DNA from: Eledone cirrhosa
Lineage: Eukaryota
DNA length: 64,000 nt
Assembly (NCBI GenBank): GCA_964016885.1
Contig: OZ024742.1
Coordinates: forward strand, 47,988,001 to 48,052,000
Direction of reading: 5' to 3'
Shown: positions 26,901 through 37,732 of the stretch, one piece after another
How positions within the stretch are numbered: the stretch's first letter is position 1
Layout of the letters: the number at the start of each line of letters is the position of its first letter
The notes under the pieces: generated by a model
Database searches by the model: none
Told to the model about the DNA's origin: nothing
What the model saw: only the letters and a program-made list of their open reading frames with translations
Made by a program: the position numbers and the translations under genes

Positions 26901-29900
26901 ATCAATTGAGAGTTGGCTGTTTGAACGCGCGTGGCCTGAGCTCAGCTTGGAAGCAAGCAAAGCTTCTAAGTGACCTCAGGTCACAAAGTATAGATGTGAT
27001 GGTTGTTTGCGAGAGTCGGATCAGCAGCGTGAGACAGCTGGCGCCCGCCTTCGATGACTTTGAGATGCACGCATCTCTCTGTCAACCCGGAGGCGGGGGG
27101 GGAGTTGCCGTACTGCTGGATAAACGTCTGACTCTCGACGTACAGATTGTTCACTCGGACCCGGGGGGTCGATTACTGGTGCTGGACGTCGGAGGTGGTG
27201 AAGGCGGGGCTTTCAGACTGGTCGGTCTTTATGCTCCCTTCGGGGCGGAGAGAGCCGACTTCTTCCAACGTCTGGAGACTTTTCTAGGAACGTCGCGTTC
27301 CCTGCTTTTAGTGGGGGACTGGAATGGAATCCTAGATGCGCGTTGGGACTATGCAGGGGCATGTCCCGATAGAGGGGGGTGTAGCAGCCTCAAGGGGTTA
27401 CTCGATCGATTCGACCTGGTCGATAGATTTCGACTAGATTGTCCAACTGCGCCAACCTGGACCTGGGCAAACCGCAGTGGACAATCTAGATCGTACCTAG
27501 ATAGGTTTTTGGTTAGGAGTAAGGATAGGGACGTATTTAGTTGTCCAGAACTGATCATGGTTGGCTATTCAGATCACAAATTAGTGACCTGCGTGGTCAA
27601 CCTTGATAGAACGCATAGACAGGGTCCCGGTTACTGGAAGATAAACTTGTCCTTACCGACAAAGAAAGATTACAGAAACCGGATTAGTAGCTTAGTTAAG
27701 ATGCGGTTGACGGGAGCGATCGTCAACAGTAGGTGGTGGATATCTCTAAAGAGAGAGATTAGAGTAAGTTCGATAGGTTACAGTAAGGAACTAGCGGCGA
27801 ATAGAAATAGGAGGGAAAGGGAGTTAACAGATAAACTAGAAGAGGCGATTAGGAGCGGAGACGTAGCCAGAGTGTTAGCGGCGAGAACGGCGTTGAGCCA
27901 GTTCTTTGACGCGAAGCACGAAGGCTGCGTTGTCCGAAGTAAAATACGTGCTTTAGGAAACGAGGGGACCAAAGCTGTTAGCTGGGCCCGCGTGACAGAA
28001 GCCAAGAGTGGGATTAAATCCACCATTCGGTCTTTGCGAGACCAGGATGGACGGGTGATCCTTGAACCTGAGCGAATGTGCGAGACCTTTCAAAGGCACT
28101 TTGCTCGACTGTTCGGAGGTGGCGGGGGGCCGGACGGGGATGTGGACTTCGGTCCATACCTCGACGGTCTACCGCGTCTTTCGAGCGGCGAAGCGGAGTG
28201 CTGCGAAGGGCCAATCACAGCCACTGAAATCGGGGAAGCGCTCAGCCAATGCAGCAGACGCAAATCCCCGGGTCTCGATGGTCTACCATACGAACTTTAT
28301 TTAGCTATGCCGGTCTTGTTCTCCGAACTCCTCGAGGCTGTCTATTGCAACTGGCAACAGAACGGGAGAATTCCCTGTTCTGTGACCAAGGGCGTGGTCA
28401 CGCTAGTGAGGAAGGACGAGAGCAAGGGGGACGACTTAAGTAACTTTAGGCCCATAACTCTGCTGAATGCAGAGTTACAGATTTTGGCCAAGGTGTTGGC
28501 GAAGAGGTTGGCGCTTGTGGTGGGTGGTTTGGTGGGAGACGCGCAGACATGCGCTATCCCGTCCAGGTCCATTCACGACAACCTCCACCTCATGCGATAC
28601 ATCATAGAGAGGGTTGGCTACGAACCCGGCTTTGGTGGGGCCCTGATCAACTTGGATCAATCTAAGGCGTTCGATAGGGTCGACCATGGTTACCTGGATG
28701 CGGTGCTAGCGGCGGCGGGCTTCGGACCCGTTTTCAGGGGCTGGATTTCTGCCATGCACAGTGGCAACATCTACTCTAGGATTAAAGTAAACGGCTACCT
28801 CTCGGAGCCGTTTCAAATCACCCGATTCATCAGACAGGGGTGCCCCCTCTCCTCCCTTCTGTACGTATTGACTCTCGAGCCACTGCTGCGGAAGTTGGAG
28901 TTGCTGCGGGGCATACCCCTGGAACCGGGATTGCACAAAGCGGTCTCGGCCTATGCCGACGACGTAACAGTAATGGTGGCGGACGCCTCGGAAATCGGGG
29001 CGATCGCCACCCTACTGGAGGAATACGAAAGGCTGACGGGGGCTAAGCTGAACCAGGACAAGTCAGTCGGTTTGCAACTCGGAACGTGGAGGGGCAAACC
29101 GATGCCGTTAGACGGTGTCGTCGGGCGGTGGACGGAGGGCCCGGTGAAGCTGCTCGGGGTCTGGTTCGGACCGGACCTCCAGGTGGAGAAGAATTGGGGC
29201 GAGGTGACGAGCAGGGTGTTTGCGCTGACCCAGAAGTGGGCCAAGTGCAAACTATCACTGAAAGGTCGGGCGGAGGTGACGAACGCTTACATAGCGTCCG
29301 TCATCTACTACCGCCTGACCGTCGTGCCTTGCCCCAAGGAAAAGCTCACCATCATGGAACGCATGCTCTTCCAGTTCCTCTGGAAGAAGCGGCCTCCCAT
29401 GGTGAGGAGATCCATCTGCTGCCAGCACCCTTCGAAAGGAGGGCTGGGTATGCCGTGGCTGTTGATGCGTAGGCACGCATTGAGGCTACGGCATCTACAG
29501 GTATTCCTCAACGGTCAGCCGGTGTGGGCCCCGTTTGTGAGGCGAGCCTTCCCACAGCTCGTCTCGCTCACCGAACTGCAATCCTGGGTGAAGCAAAGAC
29601 CGAGAAAACTGGGCAACTGGCACACTGAGTGTGCCCAGGCGCTCACGGCTATCTGGCAAGCGGACCCGACTGTCAGTGGAGAATCCACCTCGACATTCTA
29701 TAGAGGGTTGGTGGCTAGCAGGGGCGACGACACCCTTGGAGAGTCGCTAGGCATGGAGGAGGACGAACTGGCCAGCCTGTTCGGTAGAACTTTCGGCCCG
29801 GGACCCATGGACAACTTCCAGAGGTCCCTAGCCTGGCAGTGTTACCGGGGGGCTCTGCCCGTTCGAGAAAAGCTCTACAGACACGGGCGCCCGGGCAGGG

Positions 29901-30334
29901 ATCCCGCGAAAAAGATCTGTCCCAGATGCGTGCGCGACGAGGAAACCGTTGCGCATGCACTGGTACACTGCCCGGGCGTTGCCGATCTGTGGGGCTACGT
30001 CGAACGACTGCTGTCGCGTGTGGCGCCGATTCGATTAACCGCCGAGTCTGTGGTGAACATCAAGCCGCCTCCTCCCTTCAGAAATGAAGCAGAGGCGGTC
30101 TTTCTGTGCGTAATAGCCATGATGAAAGAGGTTGTGTGGTGGACGCGCCTGAAAGGTCTGAGGTCGGGTGACTTTCTCTCCGGCCATCACCTGGTTTACT
30201 TCTTCCGATACCACTTCGGAAGAAGAATCAGGATGGAGAGAGAAGTGCTTGGTCCCAGACAGTTTTATGAAAGGTGGGTGAAAGAAGCGAGAATGGCCCG
30301 TGTAAATGGGCCTTCTCTCTACATTGTTCTGTAG
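26897..30334 (+). CDS. Tx1 ORF2p: AP endonuclease, reverse transcriptase and C-terminal CCHC finger (homologous start codon reads ATA)
   Basis: 1142-aa open frame with NARGL, CESR, GDWN, YLDRF, SDH, FRPITLLN, KAFDRVDH, QGCPLS, YADD and CPRC..ETVAHALVHC. Confidence 0.95.
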   Translation: MDQLRVGCLNARGLSSAWKQAKLLSDLRSQSIDVMVVCESRISSVRQLAPAFDDFEMHASLCQPGGGGGVAVLLDKRLTLDVQIVHSDPGGRLLVLDVGGGEGGAFRLVGLYAPFGAERADFFQRLETFLGTSRSLLLVGDWNGILDARWDYAGACPDRGGCSSLKGLLDRFDLVDRFRLDCPTAPTWTWANRSGQSRSYLDRFLVRSKDRDVFSCPELIMVGYSDHKLVTCVVNLDRTHRQGPGYWKINLSLPTKKDYRNRISSLVKMRLTGAIVNSRWWISLKREIRVSSIGYSKELAANRNRRERELTDKLEEAIRSGDVARVLAARTALSQFFDAKHEGCVVRSKIRALGNEGTKAVSWARVTEAKSGIKSTIRSLRDQDGRVILEPERMCETFQRHFARLFGGGGGPDGDVDFGPYLDGLPRLSSGEAECCEGPITATEIGEALSQCSRRKSPGLDGLPYELYLAMPVLFSELLEAVYCNWQQNGRIPCSVTKGVVTLVRKDESKGDDLSNFRPITLLNAELQILAKVLAKRLALVVGGLVGDAQTCAIPSRSIHDNLHLMRYIIERVGYEPGFGGALINLDQSKAFDRVDHGYLDAVLAAAGFGPVFRGWISAMHSGNIYSRIKVNGYLSEPFQITRFIRQGCPLSSLLYVLTLEPLLRKLELLRGIPLEPGLHKAVSAYADDVTVMVADASEIGAIATLLEEYERLTGAKLNQDKSVGLQLGTWRGKPMPLDGVVGRWTEGPVKLLGVWFGPDLQVEKNWGEVTSRVFALTQKWAKCKLSLKGRAEVTNAYIASVIYYRLTVVPCPKEKLTIMERMLFQFLWKKRPPMVRRSICCQHPSKGGLGMPWLLMRRHALRLRHLQVFLNGQPVWAPFVRRAFPQLVSLTELQSWVKQRPRKLGNWHTECAQALTAIWQADPTVSGESTSTFYRGLVASRGDDTLGESLGMEEDELASLFGRTFGPGPMDNFQRSLAWQCYRGALPVREKLYRHGRPGRDPAKKICPRCVRDEETVAHALVHCPGVADLWGYVERLLSRVAPIRLTAESVVNIKPPPPFRNEAEAVFLCVIAMMKEVVWWTRLKGLRSGDFLSGHHLVYFFRYHFGRRIRMEREVLGPRQFYERWVKEARMARVNGPSLYIVL

Positions 30335-30583
30335 GTGAAGAAGTGAAGAGGAAAGGGGGAGCGCCTCCTCTCTGGGCTTCCCCCGCGAAAAGAGTTGCAC
30401 ACTTTTCGGGGGTATGTGCAATCCCCAACACGCCCCCTCCCTTTTGAGGACTTTTTATTGTTATATTATTATTGTTATTCCTTTTTTCTTTACTCGATTT
30501 ATGTAAACTCCCCCACTGTGTAAATGTCCCCTTCTTTTGTGCCCTCGTGGCAAATAAATAGAAATTTATCTATCTATCTATCT

Positions 30584-33500
30584 GCCTGACGCGTGGAAGC
30601 ACACTGGTAAATTTCTACACAGAAAAACTTAACTAATTGTTTGAAAAAACAGATCATTTTCTAGATTAACCCCCAAGTCGAATTGCCAGCTGGGTGGAAA
30701 TCCCATTTTTCGCCCCTTAAGGGGCGAGAATTTAATTTAAAAATTGTTTTAAAAAATCAAATTTCGCCGACTATAAAACATGCATAAGTCGGAAAGAACG
30801 CCGGAGAACGTTAACAGAGAGAAGAGAGGTAGAAAGGCAGATAGTAACGTTATATCTGCTTCTTCCACTATGGACGTCGTCATGGATACGACTGTCAACA
30901 AAGAAAAAATAAAGTGCCTCTTGAACATTTTAAAATTCCTACCGTCGAAGCGGAGAAAATTAACACACAACATACACAGTAAAACACAGGAATTAGACCT
31001 ACTAATATACATTCACATGAAAAATCCAACAACAACAACTCCATAGATACATCTACAGATAAAATTTCACCTCGTCAAGAAATTGTGATTTCCAACACCG
31101 AGGCTAACAAGGATAACAACAACAACAACAACAACAACAGCAACACCACACAAGAAAAATGTCTTTCGTTGAAGCAGTGAATAAAAAACAAGATTTTATA
31201 AATCTTGACATCTCCAATGCAAGAGATATGTTCCAGCAAGGGAAAACATTTGTAACTTTTGAAGACAAGGGTGGGTTTAGAATAAACTCACCCCTCGAAA
31301 TAAAAGAAGAGACAGTTCGAAGGACAGTGACCTTCATTACTGTCTCAAACACAACGAGAAAGCCAATATTTATGAGTCAAGGAGACATAGAAGCCACCTT
31401 GAAGGAGACTCTAGAAAATATTGACATTCTTCAACGAGGAAAACAGTACGGAAATATTCCCGTACTGTTTAAAAACGAGGCACTCGCACAAAAACTCTGT
31501 GACACCAATGGTATCAAAAGTATTCACATTTTTCCCAACGTACATGGGAAAAAGGACACACAAAATAAAAATAAAAAATATACCACCAAACATTAACTAC
31601 TGGTGGATCTTGTCTGGCTTCGTGGAACCAGAGTCTGATGCTATTCTTTCAATACGAAAGTCTATTAGACAATGGTGGGCGGGTACTGATTTGGAGATTC
31701 TTATGCAGATGAGGCCGGAGAGAATCTCCAAAATACCCGAAAAAGTCGTCATCGACGACAACTACAAAATAAACTTTTCGGTGGAGGGTCGTCAACCTCA
31801 TTGCTTTCGCTGTGGTAACACAACATACCTAAAGGCCTCCTGTCCTTCACAAACACACCACAACATCATCATTAAAAAAACGCTATTACCAACACCAACA
31901 CCAAAACAACCACCACGATAAGTATAACAACAGACGAAACGAGCAAACACACCAAAACAAACAGCCACTCAACCAACAACAACAGAAAAAAACACAGACA
32001 ATACCCCTGATGAACACAGCCCCACACATCCCACTCCATTAAACACTACCACACACACACACACACACCGAAACACCATCACCACACAACATACACCTAC
32101 CCCACACTTATGACGATGATTATTCACCGACAGATGAGGCTGCTTCTCCTTCTTTAAGTGAAGGAGAGCTTCGGAAATCTAAAAAACAAAAAAAGAGACA
32201 CCACAAACCCCCAAAACACCAATCACCAACACCAACACACAACCACAGACACAAAAAACAAAGCACCCACCATAAAAAGAAAACTCCCGGACGAACAACA
32301 AACTAAAACAACACAACATAAAAACAAACAACAATACGTATACATCAACACAAACAAGAAGGGTTTGCTGGAGGTCATCTCCCAAATCCCCAAGGTGGAG
32401 ACGGAGGGCAAAACTTTCGTCAAAGCAGAATCGTCTCCATACCTAAAACTAATAAGGGTTTCGATAGAAACCTATCAGAAATTGAAAGAACAGTTTTCGC
32501 AGGATGTTGGCAACTCCTGTCAAAAACCTATTAACCGCGTCTTATTACAATGTTTCCCACCCCACCCAACACCCCACCAGAACTGAAATGGAGATTGAAC
32601 AACCCGATCTCCAGGAAACGAAAAGGTAAGTGCACCTTTTCGTGATTTTCACCAACACTTCTCCACCAACATGGCTAGTTTACGAGTTGGAAGCGTGAAT
32701 GTGCCTGGCCTAGGGATGCTCTGGATACAGGGCCAACTTTTAAATGACCTTAGGTCACACGGTATGGAGGTGATAGCCTTCACTGAGTCCAGGATCCACA
32801 ACAGGCAGCAACTAACCCCTATCTTCGACGATTTTAAGATCTACGCATCTTTCTGTCAGCCAGGGGTGGAGGGGGAATGGCTGTCATGTTTCGGAAGAAC
32901 CTGGTCGTCGAAGTACAGCAAGTACACTTGGACCCGGAGGGTAGACTGGTGCGTGAACAGTATTGGAGGTAGAGACTTAAGACTGGTGGCCGTTTATGCC
33001 CCGACAGGCAATCGCAATCACGGCCAGACTCTTTAAGCGTCTAGAGTCTTTTCTGGGAACGTCTCGCTCCTTACTTTTAGTGGGGGACTAGAATGGTACC
33101 CTATGCGGGAGTATGTCCCAATAGAGGAGGGAGGGAGGGGCAACAGCCTCAAAACTTTAATCGGCCAATTCCAACTGGCCGATAGGTATCGACTGGATTT
33201 CCCAACTGCACCACAGTGGACGTGGGCAAACCGCAGCGGGACATCTAGATCGTATTTAGATAGGTTCTTCATTAGATAAAGGGACAAGGAGATGTTAAGC
33301 TGTCCAAAAATGGACATGGTTGCCTATTCAGATCACAAATTAGTCGTTTGTATAGTCAACCGTGATATAACACATAAAGAGGGACCCGGTTACTGGAAGC
33401 TGAACGTGTCGTTGCCGGCAGGTAAAGCTTACAGTGAACGGATAAGTAGTCTAGTCAAGCAACAGTTATATGAAGCCATCGTCAACAATAGATGGTGTAC

Positions 33501-35892
33501 TCTCTCAAGAAAGCAATTAGAGTAGAATCGATAGGGTTTAGCAGAGTGTAAGCCTTAGAGAAAAACAAAATAGAAAGCGAATTAGCAGCCAAGGTAGAGG
33601 AGGCACTTAGAAGTGGGAACGCGGCTATAGTGTTAGCGTCGAGAACGGCACTGGACCTGTTCTTCGATGCGAAACACGAAGGCTGCGTGGTAAGAAGCAA
33701 AACACGTGCTCTAGGAAACGAAAGAGCGAAAGCTGTCAGCTAGGTCCAAGTAGCGGAGGCAAAAAGTGGCAACAAGTCCACGATTCGGTCTTTGAAAGAC
33801 CAAAACGGACGCGTGCTACTTGACCACAAGCAAATGTGGGCGACCTTTCAGCAGCAATTACGCGACTGTTTGAGCAGAACGACGGTGAGTCGAACGGGGC
33901 AATCGACTTTAGTTCATACCTCGACGGCCTGCCTCGTCTCTCGAACACGGACGCCGAGTTCTGCGAAAGACCGATGACGGACACTGAAATACGGGATTCT
34001 CCGGGCCGCTGCGGGAAACGCAAGTCACCCGGTCTAGATGGTCTACCCTATGAGTTTTATATAGGCATGCCGGACTTGTTCTATGGCGCCCTCGAAGCCG
34101 TCTACTGCAATTGGCAGCAGAACGGGAGAATTCCCAGTTCTGCGAAGAGAGGGTGGGTAGTAAACCCGGCTTCGGTGGGGCTCTTATCAATTTGGATCAG
34201 TCTAAGGCATTCGATGGGGTCGACCACCGACACTTGGAAGCGGTTCTCAAGATGGCCGGTTTCGGTCCCGTTTTCAGAGGCTGGATCGAGGCGATGCACA
34301 CCAGCATCTGCTCGAGGGTCAGGGTGAACGGCTACCTATCGGAGCCGTTCGCAATCATGCATTCCATTCGACAGTGATCCCTTCTCTCCTCCATTCTGTA
34401 TGTATTGACTCCACAGCCACTACTGCGGAAATTGGAGCTGTTGCAGGGCATCCCTCTAGAACGCGGACTGCGGAAAGCGGCTATTACGGTTATGGTGTCG
34501 AGCACCTCGGAAAACGGGATGAACGGCAACTTACTGAAAGAATACGAAAAGCTGACGGGAGCAAAACTAAACCCGGGCATGTCTGTCTGTTTGCAACTCG
34601 GTACGTGGAGAGGCAAACCGATGACGTCCGACAGCGTCGTTGGACGCCTAACGGATGGACCGGTGAAATTGCTTGGGATCTGGTTCGGTCCAGATCTCAA
34701 GGTGGAGAAAAACAGGAACGAGGTCATGGCCAAGGTGTTTCGCTCACCCAGAAGTAGGCAGAGTGCAAACTCTCCTTGAAAGTTCGAGCGGAGGTGGAGA
34801 ACACTTTCATTGCGTCCGTCATCTACTACCGCTTGACTGTCGTGCCTTGTCCCCGTGAACATCTCGCCAAAAGGGAACGCATGCACTTCCAGTTTCTGTT
34901 GAAGAAGTAGGCTCCACTGGTGAGGAGATCCGTCTGCTGTCAGCACTCTTCCAACAGAGCGCTGGGAATGCCATAGCTGATAATGCGCAAACATGCGCTG
35001 AGGCTGCGGCATCTCAAATAATTCCTCACCGACCTCCAACCGTGTGGACACCGTTTGTGAGACAGGCTTTCCCGCAGCTCTGACAGAGCTGCAGCTCTGG
35101 GTCAAGAAAAGACCGAAAACGATTGGCGCCTGGCACATTGAATTAGCTCAGGCGCTCAGTCCTCTGGCAAGCGGGCATAGCAATCTGTGGAGATCCACTT
35201 CGACATTCTATAGAGGGATAGTACGTTACAAGAGCAACGACGTGCTCGGAGAGACTCTGGGCGTAGAAGACGATGAGCTCACCAATCTGTTTGGTAGGAC
35301 ATTCCGCCCGGGACCTATGGACAACTTCCAGAGGTCCCTGGCCTGGCAGTGCTACCGAGGGGTTCTACCAGTTCCTGACAATATCTACAGGCACGGACGC
35401 TCCGGCAGGGATCCTTCCCAGAGGACGTGTCCAAGATGCGCGCAGGACATTGAAACCGTCCTGCACGCAATTGTATACAGCCCGGGCGTACCGACCTGTG
35501 GAACTATGCCGAACAACAGCTCTCGCATACAGGACAAATCCATTTATCTGTCGAGTCCATAGTAAGGATCAGACCGGCAACTTCTTTCAAAAAGGAAAGA
35601 GATGCGGTTTTCCTCTGTACAGTGGCTATAGTGAAAGAGGTTATATGGTGGACGAGATTGAGAGGACTGGGGACAGATGCCTTTCTCTCCGGACAACAAC
35701 AAAAAAATCATTCTTTAGGTAGAATCAGAGTTGAGAAATAGGCACTGCACCCCAGTAAATTTACTGAAAGGTGGGTGAATGAAGCGAAAATGGCCCGAGT
35801 GATTGTGCCTTCTCTGTTTATAAACCTGTAGGTTAAAGAAGAGAGCAAAAGTGAGTAAGGAGTACTTGCACAACACGCTCCTGGCAGGAGGG
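30584..35892 (+). mobile_element. Tx1 copy 4: degenerate, internal deletions, distal 3'UTR missing
   Basis: ORF1 remnant CFRCGNTTYLKASC. ORF2 runs from ATG 32671 to TAG 35831, with a deletion near 34145 and loss of YADD near 34480. No AATAAA/(TATC)n end. Confidence 0.9.
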
Positions 35893-36670
35893 ATGAAAAA
35901 ACACACAGACAGATACTTCTAAATTGTCAACAGCAACAAGATATAAGCTGACCACAACACCAACAACACTACCAAAATAAGGGTAGAGGTCAGATGTACT
36001 TAACAATAGCAAACACAAACACTACAGGGAGCCTCACCCCAGAAATAATTTCTATAGACTTCAGACTGAGGAATGCTCTCAAAACTGACCAATGGGAAGT
36101 TTGACATTATTTTGTTCCTTTACCATCTTATTCCTTCTACCACTTTATCAATTTTTTTGAGCTAACTCCAACAATAACAACACTACCAACACAAGAATTG
36201 AGGTCAGATGCACCTAACAATAACAAGAACAACAACTACAGATTGGCTTGCCTCAGAACGAATTTCTATAAACTTTTGAATGAGGAATGTTCTAACAACT
36301 GACCAATGAGAGGAGAAGAGGCCCTTTGTCACAGAAATTCGTTTGTTTGAATTCATATGATTCCAGTTCCTCAATGAAATAACAACCCACCAGGAACTGG
36401 GCATATCTGAGTATTGACAAAATTATACACCTCAACAACATACGTACTTGTCTATACCACACTAATTCGAACTGCCTGAAGAGGTCACAGCCAAAGATGG
36501 CTGTCACTGAAATATATACAGCAGTAATAAACGAAGCTAAATTTTAAACATTTGACTTATTTATTTTACTTTATTTTACATTACTCTGGAGTAACCAAAC
36601 CAACCTGCGCAACTCGTCGAGTGCTCCAATCTGCACACTGAGGTGTTGGTATACAACCAACATATACTAA

Positions 36671-36680
<10 letters not shown>
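35893..36680 (+). mobile_element. Penelope-like 3'/pLTR remnant replacing the end of Tx1 copy 4
   Basis: Diverged direct repeat (about 35950-36098 and 36165-36310), then a hammerhead motif, then A-run and (TA)n. Confidence 0.5.
36471..36525 (+). ncRNA. Type I minimal hammerhead ribozyme with mutated cleavage triplet (U16.1 to C)
   Basis: Reads ACTGC CTGAAGA GGTCACAGCCA AAGA TGGCTGTCACT GAAA TATATA CA GCAGT. Confidence 0.75.
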
Positions 36681-36709
<29 letters not shown>

Positions 36710-36811
36710 CATTTATCTACAATGTGGGTAATATTAAATACTATCCAATTACAATTGAGAATATGAATATACATATATACGTATGTGTGGGTGTGTATGC
36801 ATGTGTATATA

Positions 36812-37002
36812 CAGGGTGGGCCAAAAGTCACTTCTAGCCTATTTTCGTTAATAAAACATTACAGATTAATTCAAAACTAATTTTTCTTGAAGAGTGTGTG
36901 TTTCTCTTGTTTTTATTCAACTTTAATCTGAAAGAAAAAAAAAAAATAATTTTATAACGTTATGATTTTGGTTTAATAAGAAGTGTATTTTAGCCCACCA
37001 TA
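36812..37002. mobile_element. Tc1/mariner-type MITE
   Basis: TA|CAGGGTGGGCCAAAAGTCACTT at the left end and AAGTGTATTTTAGCCCACCATA|TA at the right. Imperfect ~22-bp TIRs with TA TSD. Confidence 0.65.
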
Positions 37003-37561
37003 TATTAACGTTTTTTCTACTGTTTTGAATGTCCTTGATTATTTACTCTACCCTCAAAGTCCACCCACTCTCTATTATTCTCTCGGCCTCCGCCTTATGT
37101 ATACGCTGCGCCTGTACTTGTACAGTTGCGTCTAATCGAATAACCTAGAGTTATAAGTTTTTCTCAATACTTCATTGTTTGAACCGGACACTGTTGTCAA
37201 TAACTGATTACTCATGTTAGGATCTGAATTGATACAGACTGCTTAATTTCACTTAATTGATTGCTGCTGCTGGGATGGGCTGAGTCACATGGGAATAAAT
37301 ACTTCCAACAGGAAGTGACAGGAAATCTGGATGATTATAAGGATAAAACCTTTAAACAACACTACTATATTAAGTGTTTAATTTATATTCCTTGATCTAT
37401 TTCATATGTACTGTTTCTATAAATATACACGTCCTTTCATTCTTTGGCATCTTTGTGTGGATAAGGAGATAGATTTGCAACGACGTGTCCTGTGCTATAC
37501 CTTTTAGAGGTATTATTTCTTGAATATCTAAATCTGTTTGCCGCAGATTGTATATGTAATT

Positions 37562-37633
<72 letters not shown>

Positions 37634-37701
37634 TGTATATATATATATATATATATATATGCATGTATATATATTTGTCTTCGTGTAAATATATACATAC
37701 T

Positions 37702-37732
<31 letters not shown>

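Larger units (their letters stand above)
24862..30566 (+). mobile_element. Tx1 copy 3, essentially intact and the youngest copy
   Basis: Two long open frames, a 5'UTR, and a 3'UTR with AATAAA followed by (TATC)4 at 30567-30583. Confidence 0.96.
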
